64,000 nt of DNA from an uncultured Methanomicrobiaceae archaeon. Its GTDB lineage: Archaea; Halobacteriota; Methanomicrobia; Methanomicrobiales; Methanoculleaceae. Below are positions 44,747 through 56,585 of this stretch, piece by piece. The notes beneath the pieces were generated by a model. That model saw only the letters and a program-made list of their open reading frames with translations. It was not told where the DNA came from and made no database searches. The stretch covers positions 608,001 to 672,000 of the forward strand of contig CAWGXH010000004.1 of assembly GCA_963826525.1 (NCBI GenBank). The letters are read 5' to 3'. Both the position numbers and the translations under genes were made by a program. The number at the start of each line of letters is the position of its first letter. The first letter of the stretch is position 1.

Positions 44747-45103
44747 ATGCCAAAAGTAGATCCGCGGACGTTCTGGGTCGGGGTGATTATCGGGCTCATT
44801 GCCGCACTCATCATTAATATCCTGATAGCGATTGGTGGTGCGTTTGTCGGCGGTATTATTGCGGGCTGGCTCGCCGGGGGAGGGAAGAAGACCGGAGGCA
44901 TAGCAGGAGTCTACACCGGCCTCTTAGATGCACTTGTCCTGGCGGTGTACCTCACGGTGCTGGGCATGGAAGCCGCTCCGAGCGATCTTGTCCTTCTTCG
45001 CTTCCTCGGCTCGACGCTCTTCATCACGCTGATGCTCTTCCCGCTCCTCGGCTTCGTCGGCTATCTGGGAGGAGTGCTGGGAGGAGCCCTGAAGGAGCGG
45101 TGA
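44747..45103 (+). CDS. DUF5518-like Gly-rich membrane protein
   Basis: GGIIAGWLAGG...GGIAG, GYLGGVLG. Confidence 0.65.
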   Translation: MPKVDPRTFWVGVIIGLIAALIINILIAIGGAFVGGIIAGWLAGGGKKTGGIAGVYTGLLDALVLAVYLTVLGMEAAPSDLVLLRFLGSTLFITLMLFPLLGFVGYLGGVLGGALKER

Positions 45104-45181
45104 AGCAGGTGATCACGGGATCGGTCGAAATGGGTGCGGTGGAGCCTGTTCCGATCCGCGACGCCGAGAATGAGGTGATCG

Positions 45182-46475
45182 ATGAGCAGGTCTGATAGTG
45201 AGATGCCCCCCGCTTTTCATGTCATGGCAAAACCGACCGGCGCACAGTGCAATCTTGACTGTGCGTACTGCTTCTTCTTAAAGAAGGAAGGACTGTACCC
45301 GGACAGCAATTTTCGGATGACCGATGAAGTGATGGAGGAGTTCATCCGCCAGACGATCAAGGGGCATCGCGTACCCAGCGTGACGATTGCCTGGCAGGGG
45401 GGGGAGCCGACCCTGATGGGACTGGATTTCTTCCGCCGCTCTGTGGAGGTGCAGAAAAAGTATGCAAGGCTGAAAACCCGTATCGAGAACACGTTCCAGA
45501 CAAACGGGATCCTCCTCGACGACGAATGGTGCCGGTTCTTCCACGACAACAATTTCCTCGTCGGTTTGAGCATGGACGGCCCCGGGGAACTTCATGACGT
45601 CTACCGGAGAGACAGGAGGGGGCGAGGCACGTTCGACCGGGTTCTCAAGGCCGCCGATCTGCTCCAGGAAGCATCATGTCGAATTCAACATCCTCTGCAC
45701 GGTCAACAGCACGAATGCCGACTATCCGCTGGAGGTGTACCGGTTCTTTCGCGACGAACTCTCCGCGCCGTATATCCAGTTCATCCCCATCGTGGAGCGG
45801 GAGAACGAGACCGGATTCCAGGAAGGGAGCACGGTGACCGATCGATCCGTCCGGCCGGATCAATGGGGGCGGTTCCTGATCGGGATCTTCGATGAGTGGG
45901 TCCGGAGAGACGTGGGCCGGATGTTTGTCCTGAACTTCGACGGGGCACTTGCGGGCTGGCTCGGGATGGCAGGGACGGTCTGCATCTTCGGGCCCACCTG
46001 CGGTCTCGGGGTGGCGCTCGAGCATAACGGAGACCTGTACTCCTGCGACCACTTCGTCGAGCCGGATCACTTCCTCGGCAACATCCTCACGACGCCGCTG
46101 GCAGATCTCGTAAACTCTGAAAAACAGCGGGAGTTCGGGATGGCCAAGCGCGATACGCTTCCCCGGTACTGCCGGGAGTGCGGGTTCCTTCCCGTCTGCA
46201 ACGGGGAATGCCCGAAGAACCGGTTCATTGAAACGCCGGACGGCGAGGCGCGCTTAAACTACCTCTGCGAAGGCTATAAAGCGTTCTTCTCCCACGCCGA
46301 CCGTCCGATGCGGATGATGGCCGACCTGCTCCGGCAGGGGCGGAGCGCCGATGAGGTGATGCCGATGCTCGCTGCAGAAGAGAGGAGATCCGGGAAGACG
46401 CCGGCAAAAGTCGGCCGGAACGATCCCTGCCCCTGCGGGAGCGGTTTGAAGTACAAGAAATGCTGCGGGAGGTGA
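45182..46475 (+). CDS. Anaerobic sulfatase-maturating enzyme (radical SAM/SPASM) with SEC-C motif; frameshift near 45668
   Basis: [56 protein letters not shown]. Confidence 0.94.
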
Positions 46476-46561
46476 ATGGTGCGCCGAAACCATGATGGCT
46501 TCGGAGGGCGGTGAAGGGATCGTCATACACCACACGTTACACCACACGTGCGGAGTTTTCT

Positions 46562-47396
46562 ATGAAGGATGAGTCCGAATATCCGGTTGGATTCAAGGGG
46601 TCGAGTTACGAGGGATTCATCCTTCTCCTCTCCCTCCTGTCGATCTTCAATATCATCTTCCTCGTCTTCCCCGGTATGAGTCCCAATGCGACCCGGGTTG
46701 TTTTCATCGTAGACCTCCTCTTATCGTTTATCTTTCTGCTGGACTTTCTCTTCCGGTTGTTCACGGCCGAATCGAAAGTGCAGTACTTTCTCCGGGGCCA
46801 GGGCTGGGCGGATCTCCTCTCCTCGGCGCCGTTTCGCGGCATGAAGTCCTTCCGTCTCTTCCGGATTGCAAGCGATGTCCGGCTGATGCGCACATTCGGA
46901 ATCAAACGATTAAAATATGAATTCTCTGAACAGAGGGCAGAAGGAGCGCTCCTTATCGTCTTTTTCTTCATCATTCTCCTCATCGAGGTGAGTGCCACGC
47001 TCGTCACTCGATGCAGAGAGCACGGCCCCGGATGCAAACATCCGGACGGCGGGAGACGCACTCTGGTGGGCGTACGTTACAATCGCGACGGTGGGTTATG
47101 GTGATCAATACCCCGTCACCGCACAGGGACGGATTGTGGGTATTATCCTCATGACCGCAGGGGTAAGCGTGTTCGGAACCCTCGCCGGGTTCCTCTCGAA
47201 TAAGTTGACGGCACCCCGGAAGAAAAATTCGAAGAAAACCACCTCCGCACAAGACCGACAGCAAGAGACAATGAACGAGCTTCGGGAGATGTTGGCTCAC
47301 CAGAAGGAGATGTATCGGGCTATCGTCACGCGGCTGGAGAAGATCGAGCAGGCATTGAAGATCGAGAAGGGCGAAGAAAAAGAGCGGCTGCCATGA
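46562..47396 (+). CDS. 6-TM voltage-gated-type potassium channel; frameshift near 47005
   Basis: S4-like [23 protein letters not shown] filter, C-terminal coiled coil. Confidence 0.92.
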
Positions 47397-47492
47397 GCGG
47401 CCGGTCGCCGGATGCGGCAATGTATTCTGTCGGAAGTATAATAACTGTTGAATAGAATCGTTGTCGCACTTTCCGAATGGGGGGGAGAAGAT

Positions 47493-49844
47493 ATGCCAGA
47501 AAAATGGAAAGGTGTCGTCAATGTCGATTCCAGGGACTCGGTCCCGGACTGGACGCCGTACGAAGAACCGAAAGCACCGGACGGTGCCCCGAACGTCCTG
47601 ATGATCGTCCTCGACGACGTCGGGTTCTCTGCCATGTCCTGCTATGGCGGACTGATCGAAACGCCGAACATCGACCGCCTGGCAGAAAACGGGCTCCTAT
47701 ACACCCAGTGGCACACAACAGCGCTCTGCTCGCCGACCCGTGCCTGCCTGCTCACCGGCAGGAATCACACCACCGCCGGGATGGCCTGTATCGCCGAAGC
47801 GACCACCGGGTTCCCGAACTCCAACGGCCACATCCCGTTTGAATGCGCCACGCTCGCAGAGGTGCTGGTCGAGCAGGGCTACAACACCTACATGCTGGGT
47901 AAGTGGCACCTCTGCCCACAGGAAGAGATGCACCTGGCCTCGACCAAACGAAACTGGCCGGCCGGTCGGGGATTCGAACGGTATTACGGTTTCCTGGGAG
48001 GCGAGACCAACCAGTACTATCCGGCCCTGGTCTACGATAATCACCCGATCGAGCAGCCGAAAACTCCCGAACAGGGCTACCACCTGACCGAAGACCTGAC
48101 CGACACCGCGATCGAATTCATCCGGGACGCCAAGCAGATCAACCCGGACAAACCCTTCTTCATGTACTACTGCCCCGGGGCAACACACGCTCCGCACCAT
48201 GCTCCGAAGGAGTGGATCGAGAAGTACCGGGGCAGATTCGACATGGGTTATGAGCGCTACCGGGAGCTGGTGCTTGCACGGCAGAAGCAGATGGGTATCG
48301 TTCCTGAGAATACGGAACTGCCGTCGATCAACCCTATCGGCACACCGGAGACAAGGACGGGCCCCGACGGGAAACCATACCCGGAACTCGACACCGTCCG
48401 GCCCTGGGACTCGCTCAACGATGCGGAGAAGAGACTCTTCACCCGGATGGCCGAGGTCTACGCCGGGTTCCTCTCCCACACCGATCACCAGATCGGCCGG
48501 CTCATCGACTTCCTGGAGGAGACCGGCGAACTCGACAATACCCTGATCGCGCTCGTCTCCGACAACGGCGCCAGCGCCGAGGGCGGGCCGAACGGCTCGG
48601 TCAACGAGAACAAGTTCTTCAACGGCATTCCTGATTCTCTCGAAGAAAACCTGCGGATGCTTGACGACCTCGGGAGCCCGAAGACCTACAACCACTACTG
48701 CTCGGGGTGGGCGATGGCTTTCAACACTCCGTTCAAGATGTGGAAGCGCTACTGCTACGCCGGAGGCATTGCCGATGCCTGCATATTCCACTGGCCGCGG
48801 GGAATCACGGCAAAGGGCGAGAAACGCCACCAGTACCACCATGCCATCGACGTTGCGCCCACCATCCTGGAATGTATCGGCATCCCGATGCCCGATACCG
48901 TGAAAGGGTACACCCAGTGGCCCGTCGAGGGCATCAGCATGCGCTACACCTACGATAAGGGCGATGCTCCAACAGAGCGGCACACCCAGTTCTATTCCAT
49001 GCTCGGTTCACGTGGTTCCTGGCATGATGGCTGGAAGGCGGTCACCACCCATCCGACCATCGCCGGGTGGGGGCACTTCACCGAGGATACCTGGGAGCTC
49101 TACCATGTCGAAGAAGATCGCTCGGAGACCCGGGATCTGGCCGAACAGCACCCGCACAAGCTCCTCGAACTGATCGCACTCTGGTGGCACGAGGCCGGAA
49201 AGTACAAGGGGCTGCCGCTCGAAGATCGCACGGCACCGGAAGTTCTGACCGTACCCGGCCCCAACCCGCGCCGCAACGCAACCTCTTCGTCTACTACCCG
49301 AACACCGCCCCGGTCCCCGAAGGGGTGGCGGTGAATATCCGCAACCGGTCCTATGCCATCGCCGCGGACATCGACGTACCGAAGGGAGGTGCCGAAGGAG
49401 TCCTCCTCGCTCTCGGGAGCAGGTTCGGCGGGCATGCTCTCTACGTCAAGGAGAACCGCCTGCATTACGTGTACAACTTCGTGGGGAGCCTCGAGCAGCA
49501 TGTTGTCTCGGAGGATATGGTTCCGGTCGGCAGGGCAACGCTCTCCGTTGCGTTCACCAAGGAGCGTGAGGAGCCCAGGGGTACGGCCCACGGGACGCTG
49601 GAACTCTACTTCAACGACCGGAAGGTGGGCGAAGGACAGAATCAAGACCCAACCGGGGTACTTCGATCTCGCCGGCAAAGGGCTTTCCATCGGGCGGCAC
49701 CTGGGCGAGGCGGTGACCGACGACTATCCGGGCGAATCGCCTTGGACATTCACCGGGACAATCCATAAGGTCATGGTGGATGTCACCGGCGAGCCGTACG
49801 TCCACCTCGAGAAAGAGGCAGCCGCAATGATGGCCCGGGAGTAA
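47493..49844 (+). CDS. Cys-type arylsulfatase (~780 aa, no signal peptide, C-terminal beta-rich domain); frameshifts near 49255 and 49640
   Basis: NVLMIVLDDVG, ALCSPTRACLLTGR, GKWHL, HAPH, SDNG. Confidence 0.94.
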
Positions 49845-49986
49845 TGGGCTGGTAGTATCGGGGAACGATACGAAAGCGGGGTGGGTGGGAATCTGCGCCG
49901 GGATGTCCGGGCGCGTGAAGCGGGCTCCCGCCCCTCCCACAAAACGTGGGTTTGAGGATCTCCGTCCCCAAACCGTCGTTCCACTT

Positions 49987-50580
49987 TTACGGGGGATTCA
50001 CCGTTTGTTCAGGAGCGGTTCCGAGCTCTTCAAGCGCCCGCTCGATGGGCGTTTTCGGTGCGTGGAAGGTCATCCGGGTGAGGCAATCGAGGACAGCATA
50101 CTCCGCCCGGGCGCGAGCCTCTTCAGGCGGAGAGGGACGCACGGGAGCCCACACGCATTCAAATACATCCCTCTGCAGTGCCGCCCTGAGAGGGGCAATT
50201 GCCCGCGGATCTCCGATCTCTCCGAGTGCCCAGGCCGCAATCCAGACAAAATCATCGCAGGCATTCGAGAGTGCCCGGATGAGCGGTTCGACTGCCCGCG
50301 GATCTTTGAGCCTCCCAAGTGCCCAGGCAGCAACCATATTCAGGGTAAATGCATCTTCTCCCGAAACGTACGGCCGCGAAAAGTCCAGCGAGGCGATCAG
50401 AGGATCGACCGCACGGGCATCTCCGAGGTGGCCGAGTGCCCAGGCTGCTTTCCAGCGCACCTTGCTATTCACATCGCCCAGTTTTGCGATAAGAGACGGT
50501 ACCGGGTCGTCGCCGAGATTGGGAAACTCCTCTCGCCAATCCCAGCAGCCTTCTCCAGGTTCTTCCGGTGAGGGGCTCAT
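49987..50580 (-). CDS. HEAT/PBS-lyase repeat protein
   Basis: Three repeats AAWALG..GD.RAV.PL. Confidence 0.85.
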   Translation of the reverse strand: MSPSPEEPGEGCWDWREEFPNLGDDPVPSLIAKLGDVNSKVRWKAAWALGHLGDARAVDPLIASLDFSRPYVSGEDAFTLNMVAAWALGRLKDPRAVEPLIRALSNACDDFVWIAAWALGEIGDPRAIAPLRAALQRDVFECVWAPVRPSPPEEARARAEYAVLDCLTRMTFHAPKTPIERALEELGTAPEQTVNPP

Positions 50581-51108
50581 GCCCGTGAATGGGGTACACC
50601 TGCATATATGTTTAGCCGAATATCGCGTGGCTCCGGAGCGATGCATCGGCGAGCGGCAATCGGACACTGTGCAACGGACGAAGAAGACGGAGGGGTTTTC
50701 TGAGGAACGCGCCGGTACATCCTGCAATCTCCCTATACGACCACTGCGAAAACGAAATCTCCGCCAGATCCTGTTATGGCGGCCAGACCGAGACACCGGA
50801 GAATCAAACCGGCCGATGGAAAACAATTACCTGTATGTGCACCGGCATCCTACAGGGCTCGGTTCGCTGGACGGTTCTACACCGATCCGGTGCGATTTGC
50901 CGATTCAGGCCTTATAACGCCGGAGAAGATCATTTTAACCGACAAATATAATAAACGGGCAATATAATTGGCGCCGGTAGCTGTTCGCCCCGGCGACTCT
51001 CGCCCGCTCGATCACCAGGATCGTGCGACCCGGGTCCGGTGAACCACACCAGGCGGCTGCAACAGGGGACACGGGGACGACAGCTCAACGGTATATGAGG
51101 TGATATCC

Positions 51109-51645
51109 ATGATGCGAAGAAGAGCAGCAGGCGGCCCGCGAGGTCGCGAAGAGGCTGGCGGCGCACACCAGTATAAAATGCGCGAGAAACTCGTCTCCAT
51201 CGGAGATGACTTCTGGATCGAAGATAATGCCGGAAAAAAGGCCTTTAAAGTGGACGGCAAAGCGTTGCGTGTGCGCAACACCCTGATAATCCAGAACACG
51301 GAGGGGCAGGATCTCTATAAGATCCAGGAGAAGATGCTCCATATCAAAGACACCATGGAGATCGAACGGGGGGCCGGTGGTACGGCGGCGACAATCAAGA
51401 AGGCCCTGATCACGCCGATCCGTGATCGTTGGACGGTAAGTATCCCCGGGGAGCAGGACTGGGATGTGCAGGGCAACATCGTCGACCACGAGTACCATAT
51501 CGATGCCGGGCGGGAGCGTGTCGCCGAGGTTTCGAAGAAATGGTTCCGGGTCCGGGACACGTACGGCGTGGAAGTGGAACCGGGGCATGACGATGCGCTC
51601 ATCCTCGCCGTTACGGCGGCGATCGACCAGATGTCGCACGATTAA
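51109..51645 (+). CDS. LURP-one-related/Tubby-C (scramblase-like) protein
   Basis: KLVSIGDDFWIED, VDGKALR, KKWFRVRDTYGV, AIDQM. Confidence 0.88.
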   Translation: MMRRRAAGGPRGREEAGGAHQYKMREKLVSIGDDFWIEDNAGKKAFKVDGKALRVRNTLIIQNTEGQDLYKIQEKMLHIKDTMEIERGAGGTAATIKKALITPIRDRWTVSIPGEQDWDVQGNIVDHEYHIDAGRERVAEVSKKWFRVRDTYGVEVEPGHDDALILAVTAAIDQMSHD

Positions 51646-52070
51646 GAGGGGACCGACGGAATCAAAGGGAGAATGGGTGGTCAGTCCCGGAAACAGGACT
51701 CCTGCCATCGTATTCCCCTTCCGACCAACCGGTTCCTGGATTCCCGGTCATGGCGTCAACCATGAGCACTCCGAGGAAGATACCGAAGGAGAGAGATACA
51801 TCCGAACATCCGGAAGACTGGCAGACCCGAATGAAAGAGAGCCGTTCATCCATTTAATATAACCACATATTTATAATAAAATCTTTATATCATCCGATCC
51901 ACAGTAGGCCGAGCCCGCCTCCTGCATGCATACACCCGAAGAAGTCGACGGAGATTGCTGATCGACGCCTTCGGGGCTCTTGGTGCCGCTTCTTATAACG
52001 GCAGTATAAGCGTAGTATACGGCTGGAGCGGGCCATCTGAGAACAGATTCAGTAAAGGGGGAATAAAGAA

Positions 52071-52628
52071 ATGGCTGAAGTTATGTATGGACCGATGCAG
52101 CTCCTGGTCATCGGATTTCCGAACCCGGACTTCCACGGCCAGATTCGCCGTGCGCTCGGGTCGGTCATGGAGGAGGGAATTATCAGGCTGATCGACCTCC
52201 GGTTCGTGTACAAAGACGCAGACGGCAAGGTCAGTGCCATGGAGGCTACCCAGCTGAGCGATGAGGAGCGGGAGCGCTTCGGCGCCGCCGTCGGCGCACT
52301 CATCGGCCTCGGGGCCGGCGGAGTGGAAGGAGCACAGAAAGGCGCCGAAACCGGCTCCATGGCGGCCGCCCAGCGGACCTTTGGGATGACCGAGGAGGAC
52401 GTCCAGAGGATCACCGACGCCATCCCGAACGACAGCGCCGCCGCCGTCTTCCTCATCGAGCACCTCTGGGCAAAGGACCTCAAGGAGGCACTCCGCGATG
52501 CCAACGGATACCTCGTCGCCCAGGGCATGATCACACCGGAAGCCCTTGTCATGATAGGAGATGCACTGCGCGAAGCAGCTGAAGGTGCAGAGGAGGAGAA
52601 AAAACCGATGGCGGCACCGGCACGCTGA
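52071..52628 (+). CDS. DUF1269/DUF6325-like protein
   Basis: GPMQLLVIGF, IRLIDL, glycine zipper, IEHLWA. Confidence 0.8.
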   Translation: MAEVMYGPMQLLVIGFPNPDFHGQIRRALGSVMEEGIIRLIDLRFVYKDADGKVSAMEATQLSDEERERFGAAVGALIGLGAGGVEGAQKGAETGSMAAAQRTFGMTEEDVQRITDAIPNDSAAAVFLIEHLWAKDLKEALRDANGYLVAQGMITPEALVMIGDALREAAEGAEEEKKPMAAPAR

Positions 52629-52866
52629 AGCGATGCCGAGATTGGCCCACTCTCATTTTTTATTCGGGGTGTTCGCCTCCTGAACACGAATCCTTGATCG
52701 TTCAGGATACCACTGTTCCTAGCCTCTTCAGGAACCCGCCATAATTGACGTGCCGCTCTCCGGTATGAGCGTGAATGGAACCAGGCAACCGGCGGCATCT
52801 GCTCGAAAAGCTCATTTAAACCATCTGCGTGTTACAGCCCCTGCCCCCACAGGGGAGGGAAGTAGT

Positions 52867-53319
52867 ATGGCAGAGCAAGGCAGAGTCATGGGCCCTGTTG
52901 ATTACCTGATCGTCAGGTTTCCGGGGAACAAGTTCAGCGGTGAGATCATCCCCGAGCTTGCCAACCTGGTACAGAGCGGCATCATCCGGGTTATCGATCT
53001 CGTCTTCACCATGAGGGACGAGACAGGGCAGTTGGTGAAGGTTGAGGCGAAGGACCTGCAGGGAGAGATGGGCAATGCCTACAGGGAACTGGCGCGGCAC
53101 ACCGACGAATGGTTCTCCGAGGGCGACATCGAGGTCCTCACGGAGGGGCTGGCGAAGAACAGCTCGGCCGCACTCCTGCTCTTCGAGAACGTCTGGGCCA
53201 TCCGGTTCAAGGAAGCATTGATGAATGCGGATGCCGAGCTGATCGACATGGGCAGGATCCCGCCGGAGACGATTGAAAAGGCAGAGAAGAAGATCATCAA
53301 GGTTGAGCGAGGTGTTTGA
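52867..53319 (+). CDS. DUF6325-like protein
   Basis: MGPVDYLIVRFPG..FSGE, IRVIDL, SSAALLLFENVWA, GRIP. Confidence 0.82.
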   Translation: MAEQGRVMGPVDYLIVRFPGNKFSGEIIPELANLVQSGIIRVIDLVFTMRDETGQLVKVEAKDLQGEMGNAYRELARHTDEWFSEGDIEVLTEGLAKNSSAALLLFENVWAIRFKEALMNADAELIDMGRIPPETIEKAEKKIIKVERGV

Positions 53320-53558
53320 AGATGCGAGGAAGAGGGCTGATGCTTGTTGCGGGGCATAGGATGGGCAAGCAACAGGCGCAGCGGCAGATGGCACAGGCGG
53401 AAGAATCCAAGCAGCAGGGGGCGCAGGAGGCCGCACAGGCAGCAGCGCCGCCCACGGACGATGTCATCGCGCAGATCGAGAAGCTCTCCGCACTGCATGA
53501 GTCTGGAGCCCTGACCGACGAGGAATTCGCCGCCGCCAAGAAGAAGCTTCTGGGCTGA
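53316..53558 (+). CDS. SHOCT-domain protein
   Basis: QIEKLSALHESGALTDEEFAAAKKKLLG. Confidence 0.88.
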   Translation: MKMRGRGLMLVAGHRMGKQQAQRQMAQAEESKQQGAQEAAQAAAPPTDDVIAQIEKLSALHESGALTDEEFAAAKKKLLG

Positions 53559-53899
53559 TCCCATCAATTTTCTTTCATACTGTATCAATCGCTCGAATCA
53601 CCGAAGAGCCCTGAAATTGTTCCATGTGCCTGTCCTCTACGCGGGGGCCGGGAGTCCGCAGGCAATGCCTTTTCGATGGAGATTAGTGGCAGCCAGTGCT
53701 TCTGCGCCATATGTGAAAAAAGGAAAGAGACAGACGTGGTCCGCGAGGTCGCGGCCATTGCTCTTTATTCCTAGAAACTTTAATCGACCCTCCGTATCGG
53801 CGGGCACTCCCACGTAGCATCCACGACTTCCTGGTGCGGGACACACAGGCGCAGAATGGGGAACCATGCGCCGCTGCCTGCGGAGCCGCAGCTGCCTTC

Positions 53900-54404
53900 G
53901 CTTCGAGGCCGTTCACGAGCTCGAGCCGCGCCGGGACCCGTGCCGATGCGCTTCAGCTCGCCGGCAGTCAGAATCTGGGCGCCTGCATTCCGGATACCGT
54001 CCTCGATCTTTCCAGCGAACTGCGGGTCGACGAAGAGGCCGACGGCCACCGCGCCGGGGTTGAGAGTATCCCCCAGGTGGGCCGCCTTGACGTTCAGCTC
54101 CGCTGGGCTGCCCGGCGGTTTGCCGGCGACGGCGGGCAGGCCGGTCTTCATGCTGCGCTCGCCGGACGGGCACACCTTTGTCATGCAGACGTATACGAAC
54201 CACGTCGACCGCGCCCTGACCGAGGCGGATCTCCCAAACCTGGCCCAGCGGCTGAAGCTGGGGGAGGGGTGGCAGTTCAAGGCGAAGACCCTCGACCGGA
54301 ACCTGATCATCGATACAACCGGCCTGGCTCGCATCGTCGCCGACGACCTGGCGAACATGTACCAAGGCTGTATCGACAACGTCTGTACCTTTGGCCCCTG
54401 GTAA
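53900..54404. pseudogene. Two back-to-back 5'-truncated gene fragments (minus ~53900-54110; plus ~54135-54404)
   Basis: Minus: ELNVKAAHLGDTLNPGAVAVGLFVDP... with high GC3. Plus: RPVFMLRSPDGHTFVMQTY...DDLANMYQ. Neither has a convincing start or RBS. Confidence 0.5.
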
Positions 54405-54531
54405 TCGGGGCCTACTATCCACAAGAGAGATCCCGAGGAATATTTTTAAATCAACGGTAAGATATCGGGGAACGTGGAATCAGATCAGCGGTTGAACGGC
54501 TTCCGCCCACCGGGGCAGGTGGAGTGGTGAG

Positions 54532-55441
54532 ATGGTAGAGACCGTGTCATTTCTGGACTTCCTCGGGACGATCGGCGTTCTTGCGGCAGTGATCTTTGTA
54601 ATCTCCAGTATGCTCGCCATGGGATTCTCCCTGACCGTACAACAGATCATCGAACCGCTGAAGAATATACGGCTGGTGATCCTCTCCCTAATTGCGAACT
54701 TTGTCCTGGTACCGCTGCTCACGCTGGTTCTCCTGACGATCTTTCCGCTCTCCGAAGGACTCTCTATCGGTCTGTTCGTCCTCGGGACTGCCGCGGGAGC
54801 CCCGTTCCTGCCGAAACTCGCGCAGGTGGCGAAGGGAGATATCGCCTTTGCCGTGGGGCTGATGGTGCTCCTGATGGTGGTGACGATCGCCTACGTGCCG
54901 ATCGTCCTGCCGCTGCTCCTTTCCGGTGTCACGATCGATCCCTGGGCGATCGCCCAATCACTCATCCTGCTGATGCTCGTCCCACTCGCCGTCGCCCTGT
55001 TCATCCGGGCCCGGTACAAAGAGTGTGGCGGCGGGCCTCCTGCCTCTGATGAACCAGGCGACGAGTCTCTCACTTCTCGTGTTGTTCGTGGCCTTCTTCG
55101 TGGTCTACTTCACGGACCTGCTGGGCATGATCGGCACCACCGCAGTCCTCACAACGATCATCTTCGTGGTGGTCTCGCTTGTCATCGGCTACCTCCTCGG
55201 CGGTCCGGGCGGCGGCACAAAAAGGGTGCTCGCCGTCGGGACGGCGCAGCGCAACCTCTCGGCAGCGCTGGCGATTGCCGCCCTTAACTTCACCGACCCG
55301 GACGTCATGGTCATGATCCTGGTGGTCGGGCTGGTGGGTCTCGTGATATTGATGTTCGTCGGCGGGGAGATGGGCAAGCGGGCGGAGGCGCCGTCTACGG
55401 CCGCTCCAGAGGAGAAGCCCAAGAAGGCACCACAGGGATAA
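54532..55441 (+). CDS. Bile acid:sodium symporter (BASS) family; frameshift near 55024
   Basis: SMLAMG, ANFVLVP, AAGAPFLPKL, GTAQRN. Confidence 0.9.
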
Positions 55442-55657
55442 GGAGCGGAGAGAAGAGGCATTTTTTCTGCACCGCCAGGGGGGAGACGATCGAGGGAAGA
55501 ATGCCGGAAGCGCCAGCCGAAAGGAGGGCACACGTCACCGAGAACATCCTGCCGCTGCGCGATCGGCCTGTGGATCTCCCCCCTGGGAGCTGCAGTATAT
55601 TTATGTGGACCGGACGCCACGCTTCAGCAGTTATAGGAATCAGATGGAGGAACCTTC

Positions 55658-56344
55658 ATGCGCATTGGACGCCGCACGAGCCTGATCATAGTCATAGTGC
55701 TGATCGGCGCCATCACCGTCCTCTACGCCCTCGACCTGGCGGAGAGCAGATCGGAAGTGACGGAGCTTGCACCTGCAGAGGTGCGGGAGTACCAGGGGGA
55801 GCAGCTCTCCTCGATTGCGGATTTTCGTGAGAACTCGATTCATGGCCCGCAGTACGTGAATGCGAGCACCTACACGCTCACCATTGACGGACAGGTGGCG
55901 AGCAGAAAGGTATACTCCTACGATGCGCTCCTGGAGCGGTTCCCTCACTACCGCAAGGTTGTTACCCTCTACTGCGTGGAAGGCTGGGATGTCACCATCC
56001 TCTGGGAGGGGATAAGAGTTAAGGATCTCCTGCAGGAGGCGGGGGTGGAGCCGGGGGCGAGTACGGTCATATTCTACGCAGAGGACGGCTACTCCTCTTC
56101 ACTTCCCCTTGCCTACATCGAAGACCGGGACATCCTGCTGGCCTATGCCATGAACAACGTCACCCTGCCAGCGGAGCGGGGATTCCCCTTCCAGCTGGTG
56201 GCCGAGGACCGCTGGGGCTATAAGTGGGTGAAATGGGTAACCAGGATCGAGGTATCCGACGATGAGAACTACCGCGGCTACTGGGAGAGCCGGGGGTATG
56301 CAAACAACGGGAGCATTGACCGATCCTTCTTTGATCGGGGATAG
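55658..56344 (+). CDS. Sulfite-oxidase/MsrP-like molybdopterin oxidoreductase
   Basis: N-terminal RR plus TM helix, LYCVEGW (Mo-ligand Cys), RGFPFQLV...WGYKWVKWV, GYWESRGY. Confidence 0.9.
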   Translation: MRIGRRTSLIIVIVLIGAITVLYALDLAESRSEVTELAPAEVREYQGEQLSSIADFRENSIHGPQYVNASTYTLTIDGQVASRKVYSYDALLERFPHYRKVVTLYCVEGWDVTILWEGIRVKDLLQEAGVEPGASTVIFYAEDGYSSSLPLAYIEDRDILLAYAMNNVTLPAERGFPFQLVAEDRWGYKWVKWVTRIEVSDDENYRGYWESRGYANNGSIDRSFFDRG

Positions 56345-56357
56345 GGAGGGAACAAGG

Positions 56358-56585
56358 ATGGTGCGGTTCACCTATCGGAAACTGGTCTCCTGGACCCTCC
56401 TCGCATTTACGCTCCTCTTCCTGATCAGCGGCTTCGGGATCACGGAACCACGGCTGGTGCAGCCCCTGACGTTTGGGCTTCTCGATAAGGCGCTCTCCCA
56501 GCAGATCCACTTTCTTCTCTGGGGCCCATTCCTGATCGTGCTGGTGCTACACGTATACTACAACTGCGGCATCTTCAGGAAGTGA
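56358..56585 (+). CDS. 75-aa two-TM protein with H-x13-H helix
   Basis: MVRFTYRK...LISGFG...QIHFLLWGPFLIVLVLHVY; GGAGG upstream. Confidence 0.7.
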   Translation: MVRFTYRKLVSWTLLAFTLLFLISGFGITEPRLVQPLTFGLLDKALSQQIHFLLWGPFLIVLVLHVYYNCGIFRK

